A stretch of 60,683 nt of DNA, the filler included. It is 4 parts of 4 records of this genome, joined end to end, with 100 filler letters (N's around TTAATTAATTAA, not from the genome) between each part and the next. Parts side by side here need not be neighbours in the genome. Positions count along the whole stretch, not along the records: positions 53,783 to 60,683 come from DRR723986_29481; 3 more parts are not named here. One strand, written 5' to 3'. The notes under the pieces were generated by a model. That model had not been told where the DNA came from. It saw only the letters and a program-made list of their open reading frames with translations, and searched no databases. The position numbers and the translations under genes are program-made. This document shows, in pieces, positions 54,802 through 60,683 of this stretch (within the stretch, counting starts at the first letter, position 1; each line of letters opens with the position of its first letter).

Positions 54802-56697
54802 ATGACGTGCATTAACACCAAGCAGCATGCTGCCACCCTTAAAACATTGCTTTTGCCAGTTGCACTATTGTTAACATGTTTTCAGAGTACAGTACTCCTG
54901 CATGCACAGGGACCAAAAATAGTGCCGAGCGAAGATCGCGACAAAAGTGAAACTGTGCGTGAGACCTTTTACATCGATGAGTCCGATGGCAAATATTCAC
55001 TGGAGGCCGAAAAAGAAGTTCAGTATAACATATTGAGTGAGCGCGGGGCCGAAAAAAATACCTATTGGATCTACGAGACCTATTTCCGCGAACACGATGA
55101 CGTGGAGGCGGAACTTAACGGGAGGTCGCTGGATGACGATAATATTACGTATCGCAGCCTTGAAAGCAAAGATTTGTTTATCATTGACACTAAAGCCTAT
55201 TCAATCAAATTTCCCAATGTTGAAGTCGGTGACGAGCTACGTTACAGCTATGAAACTGAATACCGCAGTGCAGACTTTTTGCCGATTCTCTACATTAACA
55301 ATTACAACCATGTCAATGAATATGAGTTGACAATTGAGCACCCTGAAGAGCTGAGTGTTGACTTTAACATGTTTATGCCCTTGGGTGATGTGCCGTATAC
55401 AGTGCTACGCGATGAGGCCGACAAGACGGTACTGCGATTTGGAGAGACAGAAGAAACCGAAGGCCTTAAATATTATCCCTACGACGGCTATCACGCTGCA
55501 GTTTTGGTGCAGCTGCGCGATGCCGGCGGTAAACTAATTAACCCGGTAGAGTTAACACAGTTTAGCGAGTGGTATTGGAATCTCCTGGACTTTGAAGTCA
55601 GCCTGAGTGCCGGCGAGGCCGCAGAGTTGGAGTCGGCGCTTAAACATGCTGTGCGTCCGGCCGAAAAAGCACGTGCCATCTATGATTGGGTGCGTACGAA
55701 CGTGCGCTATATTGCCGATGAATCAGATATGAATGCGATTGTGCCGCGCCCACCGTCGACGGTAATGGAACGGCGCTGGGGAGACTGTAAAGACAAAGGT
55801 TTTCTGTGTGCTGCAATTGGCAAACAGTATGGGGTCGAGATTCATCCTGTACTCGTGTCTACTCGCCGCCGTCCGGCCTTTGACGGAATTCACCTGAGTT
55901 TGTTTAACCACGTAATTAACGTGGTGGAAGACAATGGCAAACGGATCTACTTTGACCCGACCTACCGGTATGGGGAATTTGGTACACTGCCGAGCGGTGA
56001 TATTGATGCGGACGGGATGATCCTGAACCGAGCGAATCCCGAACGTGTGGTGGTTGGAACAGCATTTGAAGGTGTTGCAATTGATGTGAAAATTGATGCG
56101 AACCTCGACAGCCTAAAAAATGGCCGCGCACTGATTGAGCTGCGCGATACGTACCAGGCACGTGCCGAGTATGCACGTACTGAGTTGAGCGGCAATGATT
56201 TGGAGAACTTCCTTTCGAATATGTTAACCGGAAAGTTCCGCAAGCTTTCGCTGGACTACTTTGAGTATGCTGGGAAATCTGACTCGTCCATCAGTTTTAG
56301 GGCTCATGCGGATTTGAGCAAACTTATTATCAAGTCCCGCACAAAAACTTATCTACCCAAAGTGCCGTTCGGCAGTATTGACAATGATATTCTGGAGCGT
56401 GAAAATGATGCACTGGGGCTGTACATGCGCTCACTGGAGCATACAAGGCTAACGCTTAACTTAACGGCGCCGGGCCTGCATGCCTCGGGCGGTGATATTC
56501 AGTTTGGTGACGAAGAGCAGCAATCGTGGATGAAAGCCGAGTTAGAGAGCGGTCCCAACAATTCGGTGATTGCACGATATGAATATGCGCGGCGTTCCAA
56601 GACCTTTTACAATGCGGAGCGGAATGCCTTTCTCGACTTCTGCCGCAACCTTCTAAAAAGTAAAAAAGACATGTTTGTCTTTCAGTCTAAGGATTAA
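54802..56697 (+). CDS. exported DUF3857 + transglutaminase-like protein with intact Cys-His-Asp triad
   Basis: Signal peptide (LLHA-QG); FPNVEVGD; IYDWVRTNVRY; WGDCKDK; FNHVI; YFDPT. Confidence 0.88.
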   Translation: MTCINTKQHAATLKTLLLPVALLLTCFQSTVLLHAQGPKIVPSEDRDKSETVRETFYIDESDGKYSLEAEKEVQYNILSERGAEKNTYWIYETYFREHDDVEAELNGRSLDDDNITYRSLESKDLFIIDTKAYSIKFPNVEVGDELRYSYETEYRSADFLPILYINNYNHVNEYELTIEHPEELSVDFNMFMPLGDVPYTVLRDEADKTVLRFGETEETEGLKYYPYDGYHAAVLVQLRDAGGKLINPVELTQFSEWYWNLLDFEVSLSAGEAAELESALKHAVRPAEKARAIYDWVRTNVRYIADESDMNAIVPRPPSTVMERRWGDCKDKGFLCAAIGKQYGVEIHPVLVSTRRRPAFDGIHLSLFNHVINVVEDNGKRIYFDPTYRYGEFGTLPSGDIDADGMILNRANPERVVVGTAFEGVAIDVKIDANLDSLKNGRALIELRDTYQARAEYARTELSGNDLENFLSNMLTGKFRKLSLDYFEYAGKSDSSISFRAHADLSKLIIKSRTKTYLPKVPFGSIDNDILERENDALGLYMRSLEHTRLTLNLTAPGLHASGGDIQFGDEEQQSWMKAELESGPNNSVIARYEYARRSKTFYNAERNAFLDFCRNLLKSKKDMFVFQSKD

Positions 56698-56737
56698 CAG
56701 TCGGTTCATACTGTTTAACCCGGCAAGGAAATCGTAG

Positions 56738-58741
56738 ATGATGAATTCAAAGGCCTTTGCGATCGTGTGTGGCTGTCTGTTTACCGCTACCATGCAATCT
56801 TGTATGATGATGAAAGACAAGGATACACATTGGGAGCGAATAGAGTGGTTGAACATTCCGGCAGCTGACTCAACCCTGGCATCGCCATTGGAACCTGCGC
56901 ACTACGAAGCCAAGTACGTGGGGCATGATGCGGTATTTATTGACAGAAAGTATAGCGTAGAACACGTGGGGGATTTGTCCAGCTGGGACTATTACCAGGT
57001 GAGCAAACTGCGCTATATCGTCCTTAATCCGGAAGCGGACTGGTTAACAACCTTCCGAATTTCGATCGACAACGAGGACCAGACTCTCGACAGCATCTAC
57101 CTGGCCATTACTTCGCCGGAAGGAGTGACACGTCACTTTGGACACAAAGATCTGTTTGTAGAAGTTAAGGTGGGCGACGAGACCGAGTACAAGTTTGTCT
57201 ATCCCGACGTCAAAAAAGGTTCGATGGTTGAAGAGGGATATATTCGAAGAACCACGAGTCTTGAGCGCTTCTTTATTAATCAACAGACTTTTCATTTGCG
57301 CGCCAGCGTACCGACCGAAAATGTATCGTTCAAATATATTTTTCCGGCTTCATGGGATCTGCGTTTTAAAAGGACTTCCGACGACACCGAGCCGCCAAAT
57401 GCATTGAGTTTTCACAAAGAATCGAATTCGCATATTCTGGAGCTACAAGGTCGGCAGATGGGCGTCTGGACTGACGAACCCTGGTCACCATACAAGGCTG
57501 AGGCTTCACCACATATTAAGTGCGCTGTGAGTGCCGCCAATTCGCTGCACTTTACCTACGAGCAGCCGAGCACCTGGGGCGATTTATTAAAAGGTACGCG
57601 ACTCCCAAGTGATGAGTTGGCTGAGCTGCGCGAAGACGCTGAGTTAAAAGCCCTGGCGTTAAGCGTCACCGAGAATGCGAAGACAAACTTTGAAAAGGCT
57701 GATGCAGTTAACAGGTGGGTGCAGCAAAACCTGGAAATTGACGAGTGCAGGAAGTGCGAGTATGACGATGTGCTTGAAAAAGGCAAGGGTAGTTTTAAAC
57801 ACCTCATGGAAATCACGATGGGCATGATGCAGGCCGTCGGTTTTAAGTCACAGCTAATATTTATCCACCCAGCGGATGAAGGCTATTTTGACCATCGTTT
57901 TGTAACGATCAAGGAGTTGATTAACCCTGGAGTTGTTGCCATTGCTGATAAAGACACCTTGGTGGTTTTTCCCTACATCAAGAATTTGCCGGCGGGGCTG
58001 TTACTGTCGGAGTGGCAGGAACGCCCGGCTATTTATCTGGATGCCGGTGACCGTGCAGTAATCGGTAAGTCTCCGGGCAGTGCGATTAGTGAGAACACGC
58101 AGGAAGAAGAGTATGAGCTTTTGATCGATGATGAAGGCTCGATAAAAGTGAAAGAAGTCACCTATTTTCGGGGCTTGAGTGCATATGGCATGCGGACGGT
58201 TTTGGCGAAACTTTCGGGAAGTCAGCTGGAGGATGCAATGCAGGAGCTGCTGACCTATGAAGAAGGTGACGTCAAACTGGAAGACTATGAAATTGAGTAT
58301 ATGGATGACTATACAAAACCTTTAACTATTACTCTGCAGTACACGATTGACAATCTGGTGACAGTTACACCTGACGAGGTGATTTTCCAGACGGACGGTC
58401 TGTTTGCACCATCCAGCGAGCGTAAGTATAAACTGGAGACGGAGGACCGCAAGAATCCAATTCGAATATATGCCGACGAGTTAAACATCAAACGCATTAC
58501 AATTGAGCATCCGCGCGAGTGGAACCTGGATACGAAACTTAAGGCTGTGGACTTTAAGAACCTGTTTGGTGAGCTGGAGGCGACATACACCAGTGAAGCC
58601 GGCAGGCTTGTTGTGGAACAGCGCCGATTGCTCAAAGAAGCCGATGCGCCTAAAGAGAAAATTACGGACCTCATGCAGGTGATGGGGAAACGTTCGCAGC
58701 TTGAAGTGCCGACGCTGATCTTTACTGTGAGCGAGATGTAG
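56738..58741 (+). CDS. DUF3857 + transglutaminase-like lipoprotein, catalytic triad absent
   Basis: Lipobox-like MQSC; YPDVKKGSMVE; VNRWVQQNL; GSFKH aligns to GDCKD; no His or Asp at the triad positions. Confidence 0.8.
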   Translation: MMNSKAFAIVCGCLFTATMQSCMMMKDKDTHWERIEWLNIPAADSTLASPLEPAHYEAKYVGHDAVFIDRKYSVEHVGDLSSWDYYQVSKLRYIVLNPEADWLTTFRISIDNEDQTLDSIYLAITSPEGVTRHFGHKDLFVEVKVGDETEYKFVYPDVKKGSMVEEGYIRRTTSLERFFINQQTFHLRASVPTENVSFKYIFPASWDLRFKRTSDDTEPPNALSFHKESNSHILELQGRQMGVWTDEPWSPYKAEASPHIKCAVSAANSLHFTYEQPSTWGDLLKGTRLPSDELAELREDAELKALALSVTENAKTNFEKADAVNRWVQQNLEIDECRKCEYDDVLEKGKGSFKHLMEITMGMMQAVGFKSQLIFIHPADEGYFDHRFVTIKELINPGVVAIADKDTLVVFPYIKNLPAGLLLSEWQERPAIYLDAGDRAVIGKSPGSAISENTQEEEYELLIDDEGSIKVKEVTYFRGLSAYGMRTVLAKLSGSQLEDAMQELLTYEEGDVKLEDYEIEYMDDYTKPLTITLQYTIDNLVTVTPDEVIFQTDGLFAPSSERKYKLETEDRKNPIRIYADELNIKRITIEHPREWNLDTKLKAVDFKNLFGELEATYTSEAGRLVVEQRRLLKEADAPKEKITDLMQVMGKRSQLEVPTLIFTVSEM

Positions 58742-58832
58742 GTTCTGACTGGAAATTGCAGTCATGTAATGACCCTCAATTGAACATGTTAAACACTTTG
58801 CTTCATTACACTTCGAATCGATACCTGGCACT

Positions 58833-60683
58833 ATGATACTGCGCAAAACTCTAACTCTTGTGTGTCTGTTAATTATGACTCTGAGTCTGGGCTCTTGCCT
58901 TTTTAGAAAAGATAACAGTTCACACTGGCGGCGCGTCGATTGGTTGGGGATACCCGCGCGTGACTCTACACTTGAGATTCCTAGAGGGGCGGAGTACTAT
59001 GTGACTGAATATGCTGGTCACGATGCTGTATACCTGGAGCGCCGTTTTACGCGTGAACACGTTGGTGACTTAAAAAAGTGGAAGTATTACAACGTTAAAA
59101 AAGCGCGTTATATCATCTTAAACCCTGAAGCAAAGAGTCAAACTATCTACGGGGTGACACTTGAAGAGGGGCAAACTCTAGACAGTGTATACATGACGAT
59201 TACTTCGCCTGAAGGAGTGACACAGCACTTTGGCCGCGATGATCTATTTGAAGAGTCACTTCCTAATGGGGGCTTCTCTTACAAGTTTGCATATCCTGAT
59301 GTTAAAGTTGGATCGATGATTGAAGAAGGGCATGTCCTGAGAAGGTATAGCTATGACAGGCCGCTTATTCAGGAAGGGTATGTGACGCTGCAGACTGAAT
59401 ATCCCGTTGAAAATATGATTTACAGGTACACTTACCCGAAAACGTGGGATCTAGAAACTAAACATCTTTCTGCCGAGACGGATACGAATGCTTTTCAGGT
59501 GCTGGCGCAAAGCTGGCAGAGCAAGTGGATAAAACATAAAGCCGCATTTAACACAGACCCGAGGGGTGAATCGGACAGTGCTCTGCAGAAAAAGGGCTTA
59601 ATAAGGTTGAGTTCAGATACAGTTGGGGGAATCTTCAAGAGAGAAACGCTTTTCCACAAGAGATCGAATGGCCGGGTGCTCTCAGTAACTGGTAAAAACG
59701 TACCGGCAAGGGTTGATGAACTATGGTCGCCATACCACAGAGAATATGTACCCTATCTTAAGTTTATGGTAGCCAAGGCGCGTACGAGTCGCTATTACTT
59801 AGAGCAGCCCAATACCTTTAGCCAGCTACTCAAGGGTTTGCGTCTTGACCGCGATGATATTTGGGATATGCGTAATGACTGGAGACTGGAGGAGTTGACC
59901 GAAGACATTATTAAGGACGCCAAGACAAATGTTGAGAAGGCTACTGCGATTAACAATTGGGTACAGCAAAATCTTAAAATTGGCGAGTGTGGACGCAGGT
60001 GTACCTATCGACGCGTTTTGAAGAATGGCGAAGGCAGTTATCAGATAGTCATGGAGATAACAATTGCCATGCTGCGCTTTGCTGGATTCGACTCGAAAAT
60101 GATTATGATTCACCCGGCGACGAACGGTTACTTTGACAAAAACTATATTACGCTTAATGAGTTTTCCGCACCTGGAGTTGTAGCTCTCAAACAGGCTGAT
60201 ACACTTGTACTCTACCCACAGACTAAAAACTTGCCGGTAGGTCTGCTGCCGGAAGCCTGGCGTGAGAGGCCGGCTCTGTATATTGAGGTCGACGACCGTG
60301 GAGTGCTTGGCAAATCACCAGAGAGCAAATCGCAGGAGAACACACAGGAAGAAGAATATGAGTTGACCATTGACGCCGATGGGCTGATCAATGTCAAAGA
60401 AGTTAAATACTTCCGTGGTTTATCGGCGTTTTACATGCGCTCAAGGCTGGATGACACCAAAGAAAGTGAGCTGACAGCTTTTATGCGTAACCTGTTAAGT
60501 TATGATGAAGGAGACGTAGAACTCAAAGACTTTGAGATCCAAAATCGCAGTGACAACAGCAAACAGTTGATTATTACAGTCAGTTATACAATCGACAACC
60601 TCGTGACGGTCACGCCGGACGAAGTTGTTTTCCAGACTGGCGGTCTGTTCTCACCGTCTTCAGAGCTCAAAACCAAAGTTGAG
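58833..60683 (+). CDS. paralog of 56738-58741 (DUF3857 pseudo-transglutaminase lipoprotein), 3'-truncated by the window end; absent from the ORF track
   Basis: Manual translation gives an open frame of 617 codons: MILRKTLTLVCLLIMTLSLGSC (lipobox LGSC), HWRRVDWLGIPARDSTL, YPDVKVGSMIEEG, NWVQQNL, ENTQEEEYEL and YTIDNLVTVTPDEVVFQT, collinear with the upstream paralog. Confidence 0.88.
   Translation, partial: MILRKTLTLVCLLIMTLSLGSCLFRKDNSSHWRRVDWLGIPARDSTLEIPRGAEYYVTEYAGHDAVYLERRFTREHVGDLKKWKYYNVKKARYIILNPEAKSQTIYGVTLEEGQTLDSVYMTITSPEGVTQHFGRDDLFEESLPNGGFSYKFAYPDVKVGSMIEEGHVLRRYSYDRPLIQEGYVTLQTEYPVENMIYRYTYPKTWDLETKHLSAETDTNAFQVLAQSWQSKWIKHKAAFNTDPRGESDSALQKKGLIRLSSDTVGGIFKRETLFHKRSNGRVLSVTGKNVPARVDELWSPYHREYVPYLKFMVAKARTSRYYLEQPNTFSQLLKGLRLDRDDIWDMRNDWRLEELTEDIIKDAKTNVEKATAINNWVQQNLKIGECGRRCTYRRVLKNGEGSYQIVMEITIAMLRFAGFDSKMIMIHPATNGYFDKNYITLNEFSAPGVVALKQADTLVLYPQTKNLPVGLLPEAWRERPALYIEVDDRGVLGKSPESKSQENTQEEEYELTIDADGLINVKEVKYFRGLSAFYMRSRLDDTKESELTAFMRNLLSYDEGDVELKDFEIQNRSDNSKQLIITVSYTIDNLVTVTPDEVVFQTGGLFSPSSELKTKVE

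Noticed and set aside
59493..59651. Intein interpretation of the insertion in the third DUF3857 gene
   Set aside because: It is too short and lacks the N-terminal Cys/Ser and C-terminal His-Asn splice residues.
1..60683. CRISPR arrays, transposases, integrases, prophage or defence genes
   Set aside because: I found no regularly spaced repeats and no matching protein motifs on any of the four contigs.

Overview
This window is not one locus. It is four unrelated contigs joined by identical 100-nt artificial linkers (44 N + TTAATTAATTAA + 44 N) at 20340-20439, 45681-45780 and 53683-53782. Contig A (1-20339) is AT-rich Bacteroidota (T9SS cargo genes, TAnnTTTG promoters). It carries a VTC-domain/DUF4956 pair, cdd, pdhA-pdhC, an MBOAT plus SGNH acylation pair, two divergent Hsp20-like genes behind a sigma54-type promoter, an OmpA-domain gene, fabD, a T9SS cargo plus retropepsin pair divergent from an OmpR-type two-component system, and a TPR histidine kinase. 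Contig B (20440-45680) is Bacteroidota, probably Cytophagales (inference). It carries an ECF sigma/anti-sigma/Spy-like-plug fusion operon, gltX, mfd, gldJ, an amidase, PfpI, a DUF4139 protein, oxyR, ohrR-ohr and an M20 peptidase. Contig C (45781-53682) is GC-rich and alphaproteobacterial-like: a partial tRNA-Trp, tex, a GMC oxidoreductase, a GH13 alpha-glucosidase, a LacI regulator and a truncated TonB-dependent receptor. Contig D (53783-60683, taxon unclear) holds three tandem DUF3857/transglutaminase-like genes: one with an intact catalytic triad and two catalytically dead lipoprotein paralogs, the last of which is missing from the ORF track. I saw no CRISPR array, transposase, integrase or prophage. 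The best candidates for poorly described biology are the active plus pseudo-transglutaminase cluster, the bacterial VTC/DUF4956 module, a cysteine-free OhrR, the Spy-like/SusC-plug fusion under ECF control, and sigma54 boxes upstream of gldJ and the Hsp20 pair. All family calls come from motif recognition by eye; no database searches were run.
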